DNA from: a bacterium
GTDB lineage: Bacteria; UBA8248; JACPRG01; G963555815
DNA: 64,000 nt
Reading direction: 5' to 3'
Assembly: GCA_965261595.1 (NCBI GenBank)
Contig: CBDHDG010000007.1
Coordinates: 704,001 to 768,000, forward strand
In this document: positions 19,404 to 29,620 of the stretch, in pieces
Layout of the letters: every line of letters begins with the position of its first letter
Numbering within the stretch: position 1 is the first letter of the stretch
Notes under the pieces: generated by a model
What the model was told of the DNA's origin: nothing
What the model saw: only the letters and a program-made list of their open reading frames with translations
The model's database searches: none
Translations under genes and position numbers: made by a program

Positions 19404-19494
19404 GATGATGGCAGGGAGAGGCCAACACCTTGATTTTACACGAGAAAACGGCCTTCGGGGCGTTAAAAATTATCATCCATATGGGAAATGCGGG

Positions 19495-20048
19495 TTAAAT
19501 ACCAAGTTCCGATGAGGGTGAGTCTTCCGAAGCTTCGCCGTGCTCTTGAGACGTTTATCAGTGAGCCGAGCGGCGGCCTTCGCCCCCTCGCTGTTAGTGC
19601 CGCCTTGATGGACGTGTTGGGAAAGGGGTTCTCGATATTCTCCCGTGTCACTTCTCAGGGCGTGAATGAGTCCGACATCATTTCGGGAGCTCCAGGAGAT
19701 GTCATGTGTTATGACGAGAATGACAACATGGCCATGGCGGTCGAGGTCAAAGATCGGGATTTGACACTTTCCGATGTCAGAAGCTCTACTAGGAAGGCGA
19801 TGGAATCCGTCGATAAATTGTCCAATTTGCTGTTTGCCACCCCAGGCATTCGAGTAGAAGAGCGTGGCCCTATTCACGAATCGATGACGACAGCATGGGC
19901 TTCAGGACTGAATATTTACCAGATCGATGTCATAGAACTCGCTGTCGCGGCATTTATGCTTCTTGGTGAAGAATGGCGTCTCGTGTTTCTACGAGAGATC
20001 GGCAGGGAACTCGACAACAGAGGCGACCACGCGCATCGTCACGAATGA
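19495..20048 (+). pseudogene. C-terminal half of a SacI-family-like PD-(D/E)xK restriction endonuclease
   Basis: SGG.RP.AV.AAL, G.NESD..SG.PGDV, AVEVKDRDLT..DV; the N-terminus is absent at the IS boundary. Confidence 0.6.
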
Positions 20049-20086
20049 CACGACATTCTATCCAAGCTTGCGGAGGATAACGAAGA

Positions 20087-20272
20087 ATGACCGAAAAAGA
20101 GACACAGAAACCAGAAGTCCGCATGAAACCTCACATCTATCAGCCATCAAAGGCTGAACTGGAAGAGGAAATTAGCATTCCTGCCACGCCAGAGAGCCTT
20201 ATGAAGGCGACCGTTCAGCCTGTCAAGATCGTCTGGGACAAGGATGAAAATTTCCAACTCGACCAGATTTGA
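20087..20272 (+). CDS. Small hypothetical protein
   Basis: GGAGG upstream; motif KPH.YQPSKAELEEEISIPATPE. Confidence 0.65.
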   Translation: MTEKETQKPEVRMKPHIYQPSKAELEEEISIPATPESLMKATVQPVKIVWDKDENFQLDQI

Positions 20273-20284
20273 ATGGAGGATGTA

Positions 20285-20494
20285 ATGGCAAGCTACTACG
20301 TGAACCAGAACGCACAACCGAATGGAGATCATAAAGTTCACACGACAGGATGTGCTTGGCTGCCGAAGAACGAGAATCGAATTTACCTTGGCGAATTCAT
20401 CTCATGCCACCCCGCGGTTGCTGAAGCACGCAACAAACACTATCGGCAGGTGAATGGATGCGTGCACTGCTCGTCCGCATGTCATACGGGCTAA
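20285..20494 (+). CDS. Small Cys/His-rich conserved hypothetical protein
   Basis: GGAGG RBS; YYVN.NAQ.NGDH.VH..GC...YLG.F.SC..AV...VNGC.HCS..CHT. Confidence 0.8.
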   Translation: MASYYVNQNAQPNGDHKVHTTGCAWLPKNENRIYLGEFISCHPAVAEARNKHYRQVNGCVHCSSACHTG

Positions 20495-20775
20495 AGCGCG
20501 AGGGCTTTCTTCCAAGCCTCATCTGTTTCTGGCTCTTTTTGGATAAACAGCACCCGCCTATCTTCTAGCTTGATGGCGCCTTTCATCTCTCCATGTCCAC
20601 AGCAACTAAACGTGGTGCGGATCCCTCCGGCATTAAGAGCCGCGACGATTTGGTGAATACAAAAGTCAATACATTGCACACGACCGTTGAGTGGCATGCA
20701 AACCTGATTTTGCAGTGTCTTTTCCCCACCCGGAGAATCGCAATGTTGACAGGCTGCTATGTTACTTTGCGACAT
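20491..20775 (-). CDS. Hypothetical protein with an ID.CI...LN..GI.T..SC.GH motif
   Basis: AAAGGGA RBS; Cys-rich; the motif is reminiscent of TYW3-like/phage proteins. Confidence 0.65.
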   Translation of the reverse strand: MSQSNIAACQHCDSPGGEKTLQNQVCMPLNGRVQCIDFCIHQIVAALNAGGIRTTFSCCGHGEMKGAIKLEDRRVLFIQKEPETDEAWKKALAL

Positions 20776-20798
20776 AATTCCCTTTCTTTTATTACTTC

Positions 20799-20921
20799 TT
20801 ACATCTTTAATAGCATGGCGTTCGCTTTGCGATTCGGGTTCGTCGTCACGCCTGAGACGAATCCGCGCTCGAGCGCCTGCTCGATCTCCGAAAGGTTCGC
20901 GGAGTCCACGAAAATTTTCAT
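20799..20921 (-). pseudogene. tal: Transaldolase/FSA N-terminal fragment
   Basis: MKIFVDSANLSEIEQALERGFVSGVTTNP, then unrelated sequence and a stop; not in the ORF track. Confidence 0.85.
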
Positions 20922-21170
20922 CCCGATTCGCTTCCTATCCCATCGGTCAAACGTGAAACCGCTTCCCGGCCCGCCACACGCCTCAATTTACCACCGGACG
21001 GATGATTCCACAATTTCCGAAAATCGCCGCGCGCACCGCGTCTCGGAAAGGTTCAACCCGATATGCGCGATTCTCTGCCCTGGTTTTCTAACCAGCCATT
21101 CGTCGTAGGAAGTTACGAGGAATCAATGTTCTACCGCGGGTTGGTTGACCCTCAGCCCCCCGCCGGCCCG

Positions 21171-22061
21171 TCAGAACAGGCTGGCTAGGGCCCCGCCGCC
21201 CACCGTGAGGATCGCGCCAATCGCCAGACGCGGGGTGACCCGCTCGAGTTGACGAAGGAATAGGACGGATATCAAGACCACAATGAGCGGCGAGGTCTGC
21301 GCGAGCGTCAAGACGATGGAAGCCTGCCCGCCGCCCAGGGCGGAAATGAAGCCGTACATGGCCAGCGTCGCGGATGTCCCCGCCAGGAGGAGCCAGGGGA
21401 TGGACGGCAGGCCGATGCTGAAACGCCGGTCCGCCGTAAACAGAAAGGCCGAGAGCGGAAAAAAAACCAATCCCACCACCGTGCTGGTCCATGCGCCCAG
21501 AAGCGCGGAGGGCAGTTTCGCCATGCCCACCTTGAAAAAGACGGCTGCCACCCCGGCCACCACCCCGGCCAACAGGGGAAATACGGCGTCAACCTTTCTC
21601 CAGGATTTCCCCGCGGCCTCATCCCCCGTTTTCCCGATGCCCTCGGTGGAGATCACCACCACCCCGGCCACGATCAGCGCGATTCCCAGATATTGGAGGG
21701 GGTGGAGACGCTCCCCGAGATAGGGCCAAGCGAAGATCACCGCGAAGATGGGCGCCGAGCCCTTGATGGGTGCGGAACGCGCAACCCCAATCCGCTGCAC
21801 GCCGATAAGGTAAAAAACCAGGAAGAGGTAGGGGTTGAAGAATCCCGCGACCGCGAACCAGAGGAATCCGGAAAGGCTGAGGCCGGAGAATCCGGTCGTG
21901 CCCAGAATCAAGGCCGATAAAAAGACAAACTGGACCGCCATCACCGTGGTGGAAGTCATCATCGGCGTCGCCGTCCGAAGGGCGTTGCGCATCGCGACTT
22001 CCGTCACGGCGAAGAAAAAGGCCGATCCGATGGCCATCGCAATCACGGAGGCGGGCGTCAT
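21171..22061 (-). CDS. DMT/EamA family transporter
   Basis: About 10 hydrophobic helices; RIGVARSAPI, LGERL. Confidence 0.9.
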   Translation of the reverse strand: MTPASVIAMAIGSAFFFAVTEVAMRNALRTATPMMTSTTVMAVQFVFLSALILGTTGFSGLSLSGFLWFAVAGFFNPYLFLVFYLIGVQRIGVARSAPIKGSAPIFAVIFAWPYLGERLHPLQYLGIALIVAGVVVISTEGIGKTGDEAAGKSWRKVDAVFPLLAGVVAGVAAVFFKVGMAKLPSALLGAWTSTVVGLVFFPLSAFLFTADRRFSIGLPSIPWLLLAGTSATLAMYGFISALGGGQASIVLTLAQTSPLIVVLISVLFLRQLERVTPRLAIGAILTVGGGALASLF

Positions 22062-22279
22062 GATGGAGGCGGAAAGCCCGGCGAAGTCATTGCCGTCACG
22101 CCGAAGCTGAATGAAAGGGGGTCCATAATCATACCGATCCCCAGTGCGCGGTTACCGAGGGGAGGGGTCCACGAAGCGTCTTCGTCACCCCGGGGAACGG
22201 GCCGTCCGCCCATCAAGAGGGCGAGAGGCGGGCTTCTTCAAAGCGCTCAACGCCGCATTTCAAGGCCGGATCGCCTTCT

Positions 22280-23200
22280 TCAGTGGATCACACTCGCCAG
22301 GATCCCCCCGCCCACCGTCAGGATCGCCCCGGCCGCCACCCTCAGCGTGACCCGTTCCAGTCGCCGAAGAAAAAGGACCGAAAGAATCAAGACGAACAGG
22401 GGAGAGGCCTGATTCAAGGTTGTGACCACGGAGACTTGCCCAAGACTGAGGGCGAAAATTAGGGCGTACACGGCCGCGGTGACGGCCACGCCCCCCAGGA
22501 TGAGCCAGGGCAAGGCGGGCGCCTGCAGGCCGAACCGCTCTCCCGGCGGAAAGATGAAGGCCAGGAGGGGAAAGAGCACCAGAGCCACCGTCACGCCGAT
22601 CCAGGCGGCCAGCAGGGGAGAGGGCATTTTCGACAGGCCGATCTTCAGCATCACGGAGGACACACCCGCGGCGCCCCCGGCCAAAATGGGGAAAAGGTAG
22701 TCGATCTTTCTCGGCCGCGAAAGCCCTTGGAACCTGGAAAACCCGGAGAGATCGGTCTCACCGGATGGCTGGACCCAACCTTCCGTGGAGATGATGCCGA
22801 TTCCCCCGATGGCCATCGCGATTCCGACGTATTGGCCGGTCTCCAGCCGCTCGCCCAGGACGAGAAAAGCGCAGACCACGGTGAAGACGGGACTCATTCC
22901 CTTGAGGGGGGCCGAGCGGGCGACCCCGATTCGTTGAAAGCCGATTAGATAAAACACCAGGAACAGGACGGGATTCAAAACGCCCGTGACGGCGAACCAG
23001 ATCACCCCGGCCGGATTCAATCGGGAGAACGTCCCCGCCGCGAGGATAACGGTCGTGTAGAGCACCCACTGGACGGCCACGGTCACCAAGGAGGCCGTGA
23101 TCAGCGTCGTGAACGGAAGCGCTTTCTTCATGCAGATATCGGCCAGGGCGAAGAACAGGGCGGCGCCCAGGACGGCCAGGACCGCGGTTGCGGGGGTCAA
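22280..23200 (-). CDS. DMT/EamA family transporter (tandem paralog)
   Basis: Same motifs as the neighbour (FLVFYLIG.QRIGVARSAP.KG, LFLR.LERVT). Confidence 0.9.
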   Translation of the reverse strand: MTPATAVLAVLGAALFFALADICMKKALPFTTLITASLVTVAVQWVLYTTVILAAGTFSRLNPAGVIWFAVTGVLNPVLFLVFYLIGFQRIGVARSAPLKGMSPVFTVVCAFLVLGERLETGQYVGIAMAIGGIGIISTEGWVQPSGETDLSGFSRFQGLSRPRKIDYLFPILAGGAAGVSSVMLKIGLSKMPSPLLAAWIGVTVALVLFPLLAFIFPPGERFGLQAPALPWLILGGVAVTAAVYALIFALSLGQVSVVTTLNQASPLFVLILSVLFLRRLERVTLRVAAGAILTVGGGILASVIH

Positions 23201-23261
23201 GATGGGGCCGAAAGATTAGAAGCGATAGACATGCGGTTCTCATCCCAGCTCAAAGGGTTTC

Positions 23262-24278
23262 TCACCCGTTTTCCGTCAGCGCGGCGTCGATGCCGAACAA
23301 TTTCCCGGGTGTCTCCGTCAGGATGGCCCGCCGGTCCGCGTCGGAGAGGCGCTCGCAATCGTTAACGGCGGCCAGGCACTCGCGCAGGTTTTGCTCGCCG
23401 AAGAACGGGCTGTCCGTGCCGAAGACGATCTTCTCCACACCGGCGAAGCCGACGCCGAACGCGAGGACCTCCGGCTCATAGGCGATCGTGTCCAGGTAAA
23501 ACATCCGGAAGTAATCCCTGGCGTCTCCCGAGATTTTCTTCTCGATCCCCTCGAACGAATCGGACCCGCTCGCGAGGCGTCCGGCGAGGAAGGGCAGCGC
23601 CCCCCCCAGGTGGGAGAGGATGAGTCTCAGGTTGGAATGGCGCTCCAGAACGCCGCTGAAGACCAAGCGGGCCGCCGCGAGGGTGGTGTCCACGGGGAAG
23701 CCCAGGAGGATGTCCAGGCGGTAGTCCCGCATCCGCTCCCGCCCGGCGGGGAGGATGGGGTGCACGTACGCCGGAACGTCCGCCTCGCTCAGGGCCGCGA
23801 AGAAATCTTCGAAAGGTTCTTCGTCGAGGTCCCGGTCCCGGATGTTCGAGCCCAGCAGGCACCCCCGCATGTCCAGATCCTTGACGGCGCGCTCCAGCTC
23901 CCGGATGGCCGAGGGCGGGTCCTGCAGCGGCAGAGCGGCCAGGGCTACGAATCGGTCCGGGTGCGCCCGGACAACCGCGGCCAGGGTGTCGTTGAAGACT
24001 TGACAGAGCGCCCGCCCCAGGTCCGGGTCGGCCCAGAAGACCATCGGCGGCGCGATGGAGAGGACCTGGAAGTCCACCCCCGCGGCATCCATCTCGGCCA
24101 GACGGATGTCCACGTCGTAAAATCCCGGAAAGAAGGTGAAGAACTCCCGGTTGTCGAAGAGGAGGATGCGCAGGCCCTCCGCGTTCCGGCCGATCCGGAC
24201 GGGATACTTGTCCCCTTGGGCCTCGATGAGGTCCAGGAAAGCCTCGGGATACAAATGCGCGTGCGTGTCGATGATCAC
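23262..24278 (-). CDS. Amidohydrolase_2 family protein (ACMS decarboxylase-like)
   Basis: IDTHAH, LPLQDP, YVHP, LSHLGG.LP, VFGTDSPF. Confidence 0.92.
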   Translation of the reverse strand: MIIDTHAHLYPEAFLDLIEAQGDKYPVRIGRNAEGLRILLFDNREFFTFFPGFYDVDIRLAEMDAAGVDFQVLSIAPPMVFWADPDLGRALCQVFNDTLAAVVRAHPDRFVALAALPLQDPPSAIRELERAVKDLDMRGCLLGSNIRDRDLDEEPFEDFFAALSEADVPAYVHPILPAGRERMRDYRLDILLGFPVDTTLAAARLVFSGVLERHSNLRLILSHLGGALPFLAGRLASGSDSFEGIEKKISGDARDYFRMFYLDTIAYEPEVLAFGVGFAGVEKIVFGTDSPFFGEQNLRECLAAVNDCERLSDADRRAILTETPGKLFGIDAALTENG

Positions 24279-24578
24279 GGTTAAAACCTCAAAGAGGAAA
24301 TAATAAAACCCTTGGAGGACATCACAATGTACGTGATCCGCGCGGTGCGGCAGTCATTCGGCGATTAGGCCCCACCGCGCGTGGGCCGGCATGCCATGCA
24401 TCCCCGCACCCACGGCGGTTGAGGGCGGCGTTATTGGATTCGGTGATCAGGATCAACCATCGGAGAAAAACTCCACAGGATTATCGTCTTGACGAAGGAC
24501 ACCAGCCCTGATATTAGCGGGGCATGGAAAGAGTATACACAACAACGCCTCATGGAGATTTAGTATAGGGGGTTCTAT

Positions 24579-24659
24579 TGCCATGATTTCCAGGACAACC
24601 AAGTTCGCCTGCAGCTGCCTGCTTTGTCTTACAACCCGGCCAACCTCCTACGGTGGTTG
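24579..24659 (+). mobile_element. IS1380 transposase micro-remnant
   Basis: CHDFQDNQVRLQLPALSYNPANLLRWL versus [27 protein letters not shown] in the intact transposase. Confidence 0.75.
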
Positions 24660-24931
24660 CCGGCTCTGATGCCGAACATCGGATAACGGAGCCGATGCCT
24701 GGAAGCTTTGAGACGTGATGGAGGCGGGCGGATCAGTCTGTGCTGACCCGTGGTCGGGGCGCATGAAGGGCGAGAATTGCTAAGGAATTGTGACCCGTGA
24801 TGGCCCCCAGCCATACAAATGAACTGAAGATTCCCGAAAGGTCTTGACATGGTGCGCAACGTGTGGCCCGATAGAAGACAGTCTTGTCAGGACTGCGGTT
24901 CTGTAGCTTACCTGGAAAATCCCGGCTTGTC

Positions 24932-26270
24932 ATGAAATCCAGTAGAATCTTTCACATCTTATGGCTGTTATTAACCATTCTTATGGTGCCCTTGTTGTTC
25001 CATAACAGCAGTGAGCACGATATTCTTCATTATTCTTATGCCTACTTCATGTTTGATCCTGTTCAGTTTGCTTTTTTATGGGTTCATCTCATGGTTGAGA
25101 TTTGCTCCCGCGAACCTGACGCGAACTGTTTTTCTAAGATTGACATTCAATCCGGTTACTCTCCTTCTCTTTGGTGTGTTAAGCGCGTTGGTCGGCGGTG
25201 AGATCATCTTGCAAATTCACGATTTTGGGTATGTCCTTCCATCCGCATTTATCCGAAATGGAGGTTGTCCTTCGCGGAAGCCGCATTCAGAAGTCATTTA
25301 TCAAGGAATCCCGGTTCGCCGTCGTGAATATACTGTCCACCTGGAGTACAACGGTGCGGGGTGGCATGATTGGGACTATCCCTTAAGCCCCGCCCCGAAG
25401 GTCACACGCATTGCCTTCCTGGGAGATTTCTGGGTTCGAGGCCAAACAGGTTGAAGCTCACAATAATATTTTACAGGCTCCTGAGCGGAAACTCAACCAA
25501 ACGCTCTCGGGAAAGTATAAGGTTTTGGCCTTTGGAAGGGGGGGACTTCTCCAAGATTTCACCTAAAGGTGCTTCAAGATCAAGTCATTAACTATGCTCC
25601 TGACCTCGTCATCGAGATCTTTTTTCCGGACAATGATGTCTACGATGAACATCCGGAGCATGCCGGTGGCAGCGAATGGCTGGAAATCGCCCATGGCAAG
25701 CGGGAGTTTTGGAGACCGTCGGTACTTTACTTCTATCTTGAGGCTAGTTTGTTGGAAAAGGGATATAACCTCATTCCATTTTTGGGTCAAAACATTCGCA
25801 CCTTTATACACCGATTCGGAGCCTTGAATAAGAGCAATTACGTTTATGTTGAGCACCTAAGAAAAGTAAAAAATAGGATCTGGTGGAAAGAGGCCTGGGA
25901 TTCGACGTTCAAAAATCTATTACAGATGAATAGTATAGCCAAGGGGAAAGGAGCCGAGTTCGGAATCATTGGGATTCCGAAAGGCCCACTTATGATCGAC
26001 GCTTATCGGCCCAATAAGTCTGAACCGCTGAGATCGTTGTTGGAAAAGGTGCAAGGGAAGGATGGAGTTGCTCTCAATTTCCGTTATCCCATGGCCCGGA
26101 CCCGTGCCTTCGCCAGAGAGAATGGGATCCGTTTTTACGATTTCGCCGAGGTGCTGGCACTTAAGGAAAGGGAGCAAGTTCTCAATATGTACGGGGATCA
26201 CTGGACGCCGCGAGGGCATCAGGAATTTGCAAAATTCCTCTACAACAAGCTCTTGCCTCTGCTCCGATGA
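24932..26270 (+). pseudogene. Frameshifted membrane-anchored SGNH/GDSL hydrolase (AlgX/AlgJ-like), low GC
   Basis: Pieces in successive frames: TM segments, YN..GWHD, RIAFLGD, Y.PDLVI..FF..NDV, DHWTPRGH...A. Confidence 0.7.
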
Positions 26271-26439
26271 TCCAAGTAAGGGAAAATTTAATTCCATACG
26301 GACGTGATCCTGGGCGGTCGCTTCGACATGGGGAGGCCACTTTTGTTTGGAGGGGGTGGAACACCATGGACGCACCCCATCCTTGGGTCACCCCGTGGAT
26401 TGGCCTTGATTTTTTTGCAGGCGAATCTCGCATACAATT

Positions 26440-26871
26440 TTTGGAGCGGTTCATCGACAGCCGATTGAAAGTGTTCGAGCGCCGCCGCCGGAATTTCCGC
26501 CGACTCTATGAAGGGTTGAGGGGGCTTACGGAGTATTTGGTTCCGCCCGAGTGGAGCCCCCGAAGGCGAATCCGTCCTGGTTCGCCTTCCCCCTCACCCC
26601 GCAGGAGGGGCTGGAGCGCAGCCCCTTGATCGCGTTCCTGGAGGGCCGGAAGATCGAGACGCGGCTGCTCTTCGCGGGCAACGCAGCCCGCCAACCCGCT
26701 TTCCGCGGCGAGCCGATCCGCGCGCCGTTCCCGTTGAAGGTCTTCGACGCCGTTCCGGAGCGCTCGTTCTTCGTGGGGATCTTTCCCGGTCTGACCGATC
26801 CGATGCCGGATGACATGATCGAATCGTTTCGCCGACCTGCCCCGCGGAGCGCCGGAGGCCGTTCCGGATAG
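26440..26871 (+). pseudogene. rfbH: C-terminal remnant of RfbH/DdhC (CDP-4-keto-6-deoxyglucose 3-dehydratase)
   Basis: RRRNFRRLYEGL, then a frameshift, then PSWFAFPLT...KIETRLLFAGN..RQPAF...FFVGIFPGL. Confidence 0.75.
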
Positions 26872-26893
26872 CGCGGACGAAGAGTCCGGGTTC

Positions 26894-28534
26894 ATGAGAG
26901 GCGGAATCCGACGCCTGTTCTTTTGCATCGCCCTGCTCCGATGGCTCGCCCTCGCCGGCCCGGCCGCCGCCCCGGCGCAATCCGCCGCCTCCGGATGGCT
27001 CGACGTGCTTCACAATGCGGACCCCGCGTCCGTATCGAAGCTGCGGGCGCTCGGCGAAAGGCTCGATCCGGCGAACATCTCCGGCCTGTTCGAAATCGTG
27101 GACTCCATCCGCCGGGGTAATTTCCGGATTCCCGAGAGGCAGGTGCCCAACCCCTACATCGGGCTCTACTTTCCCGGCCTGGCCGCCGCCCGAGATCCCC
27201 GCGTGACGGCCCTCAACGCCTTCCGGCGGACCCGGGAAATATGGGGGCGGCGGATCTATTCCGCCTCCGCATATACGTCCCTGAAGTGGCGCGTCGAGAA
27301 GATGATCAAACGGAAGCGCGACCCCTATGTTCCGAGCGCCCGCATCCGGATCGCCGACAGGTTGCCCGGCGAGGGCCCCCTGATGGAATTGAAAGCCGGG
27401 ATGAGGCGCAAGGAGGAGAAACTCTTCGATTCGTGGTTTCGAAGCAGACCCGACCTGGTCCGCGGGCTCCGTGACGGCGGATATCTGAGGACCGAGGCCG
27501 GGGGGGGGGTGGCGCTCGGCCACACCCGGGCGGACGCCCGAAAGCTGTTCGACCACTTCCTCGTTCGGATCACGAATCTGCCCCTGAACCAGGCCGTGGT
27601 CGCCCGGAAATACCAGAAATTCCATGTCCCCCGAATCCGGCGCGGGCTGCGCCGGAAAAGCGGGGCGGCGGCGGCGCGGTTCATCCAAGGGGCGAAGGCC
27701 GCCGCGGAATGGGCGGTCAGGCAAATCGATGTGGTCCCCGAGGCATTGTGGCTGGAGGTTCGCGCCTGTGGGCCGGTTCTCCAAACGGACGGGGTCTGCG
27801 CACGATACGCCTACGCCGTCATGCCCGGTGTCCGGCATGGGATTTCCATCAGGTTCACGAGGAATCAGGGCGAGATCCTCTCGGAGAAACGGGTTGAAAA
27901 CCTCGCCGGCCGGCCGGGCCGGGAAGTCCGGGAATTACGCCTGCCCGGCGTGCGCCTGCCCGGGCGGTACGTCGTCTCATTGACCGTTTGGACCCTCTCC
28001 GGGAAATCCGCGAAAATATCCAGGGGGTTCGACATCGGCGGTCCGCGCGAGACCAACGCCCAACTGGTGAAAACGCTGCAAGCGCTTTCCCGCGACGCCG
28101 ACGCGCGGCGCAAGCGCGCCTGGGAGGAAATCAAGGCCCTGTCCGAACAAAACAGGCGGCTTGGCCGGGAAAGGGAGGCGTTGATCCAGGCCCTTCATGC
28201 GGACAAGCAATCGTTGGATGAGATGAAGGCCGGGCTTGCGAAAGACAAACAGGCGGGCCGTGAACACAACAAGCGGGCACTCGCCATCAACGAGAAGGTG
28301 AAGGGTCTGCGGGAATTGCAGGCCCTCAGAGGAGAGATGAAGGCTGAGGCGGAAACGCTTGGAAAATCGCTGGACCGGTACAGAACCCTGACCCAGGGCC
28401 TCACGGACACCCTTCGGAAGAAAGACCTGGACGCCGCCCTCCACATGGCCCTCCGCTCCGCGGTGACCCGGGACCTCGGTTATTACGGCCGCCTTAAGAA
28501 TCTTCAGGATCGAAGATCGCCGCGGGGACGCTGA
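26894..28534 (+). CDS. Exported hypothetical protein with a C-terminal coiled coil
   Basis: Signal-peptide-like N-terminus; heptad-rich last ~150 aa; contains a G10 tract at 27500-27509. Confidence 0.7.
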   Translation: MRGGIRRLFFCIALLRWLALAGPAAAPAQSAASGWLDVLHNADPASVSKLRALGERLDPANISGLFEIVDSIRRGNFRIPERQVPNPYIGLYFPGLAAARDPRVTALNAFRRTREIWGRRIYSASAYTSLKWRVEKMIKRKRDPYVPSARIRIADRLPGEGPLMELKAGMRRKEEKLFDSWFRSRPDLVRGLRDGGYLRTEAGGGVALGHTRADARKLFDHFLVRITNLPLNQAVVARKYQKFHVPRIRRGLRRKSGAAAARFIQGAKAAAEWAVRQIDVVPEALWLEVRACGPVLQTDGVCARYAYAVMPGVRHGISIRFTRNQGEILSEKRVENLAGRPGREVRELRLPGVRLPGRYVVSLTVWTLSGKSAKISRGFDIGGPRETNAQLVKTLQALSRDADARRKRAWEEIKALSEQNRRLGREREALIQALHADKQSLDEMKAGLAKDKQAGREHNKRALAINEKVKGLRELQALRGEMKAEAETLGKSLDRYRTLTQGLTDTLRKKDLDAALHMALRSAVTRDLGYYGRLKNLQDRRSPRGR

Positions 28535-28685
28535 GCGGAGGACGTCCGGTTCCGGCGCGGGACTCCCCCCTCCCGCTTCTTGTCATTCGGCCCGGCTCGA
28601 AAGGGCATCGACGGACGATTCCGTTGGGTTTACAATTTGTGGCGCGGCCGGACGTTCACGCCGCACCGCGTCACCAGGGAAAGCG

Positions 28686-29411
28686 ATGGACCCGAGAATC
28701 GAACAGAAATTCGCCGCACTCGAAGATTCCTACTGGTGGTATGTGGGGAAGTCCCGGATTGTTCGGGAATGGGCCGATTCGTGCGGGAGGGTTCTCGACC
28801 TGGGGTGCGGGACGGGAGCGCTCTTCCAACAGATCGCCCGCCAGGCCCGGGCCGTCTTCGGGATTGATTTCTCCGAAGTCGCCATCGCCGGCTCCAGGAA
28901 GCGGGTTCCCGATGCGGGTCTCTCCCGCGCGTCGGTGATGGATCTTCCCTTCCGGAAATCTTCTTTCGACACCCTGGTGGCTTCGGAGATCCTCGAGCAC
29001 CTCCCGGACGACCGGAAGGCCCTCTCTGAATGGCGGCGGGTCCTCAAACCCGAAGGCCGGCTCGTCGCGACGGTTCCGGCGCACCCCCACCTGTGGGGGC
29101 ATCATGACGAGCTCTGCCATCATGAGCGGCGCTACCGGAAATCGGAGCTCGGCGGGAAACTCTCAGAGGCCGGGTTCCGCGTCGATCGGCTGAGCTATAC
29201 GTTCTCGTACCTCTACCCGGTGATGGCGGCGCTGCGCCCGCTGAGGAGAGATGTGAAGGAATCCAAAGCCCGGCTCCACGACGATTTCCTCCCGGTTCCG
29301 GCCGCTGTGAACTGGGCCCTGATCCGTCTCTCGGCCCTCGAGGCCCGCTGGCTCCGAAAGGCCTCCCTCCCTTTCGGCGCGTCACTGATCGCCTTGGCGC
29401 GAAAAGCTTAA
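28686..29411 (+). CDS. Class I SAM-dependent methyltransferase
   Basis: E..YWWY, VLDLGCGTG, LEHL.DD, RVLKPEG, TVPA...LW..HDE..HH.RRY. Confidence 0.92.
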   Translation: MDPRIEQKFAALEDSYWWYVGKSRIVREWADSCGRVLDLGCGTGALFQQIARQARAVFGIDFSEVAIAGSRKRVPDAGLSRASVMDLPFRKSSFDTLVASEILEHLPDDRKALSEWRRVLKPEGRLVATVPAHPHLWGHHDELCHHERRYRKSELGGKLSEAGFRVDRLSYTFSYLYPVMAALRPLRRDVKESKARLHDDFLPVPAAVNWALIRLSALEARWLRKASLPFGASLIALARKA

Positions 29412-29421
29412 AACAGCAGGG

Positions 29422-29499
29422 GGGCGCTTGCGCGCCGGCCATGAGGCGGTTGGAGGGGGTTGTGCTTATGACAACCCTTCTGGCGCGCGGATCTCCGAT
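29422..29499. repeat. Dispersed repeat, copy 1 (copy 2 at 32885-32987)
   Basis: GGGCGCTTGCGCGCCGGCCA...GGAGGGGGT(T)GTGCTTATGACAACC...TCCGAT is shared. Confidence 0.75.
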
Positions 29500-29620
29500 G
29501 GGCTAGCGTGGTAAGTCGGCAGTCTGTGGAAAGTGGACGCCTCCCCTGTTTTCCAATTAGCAAGTAGGTCCTTTGGCCGCGCCATTCAGACACCCGGAGT
29601 GTAGACACTCCTCCAAGCGT

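Larger units (their letters stand above)
16852..19494 (-). mobile_element. IS1380-family element (16852-18544) plus a tandem duplicate of its 5' ~950 bp (18545-19494); whole unit flanked by TTAAA
   Basis: Ends CCGGGATTTCCCAGATG and CATATGGGAAATGCGGG (the latter at both 18544 and 19494); TTAAA at 16847-16851 and 19495-19499. Confidence 0.88.
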
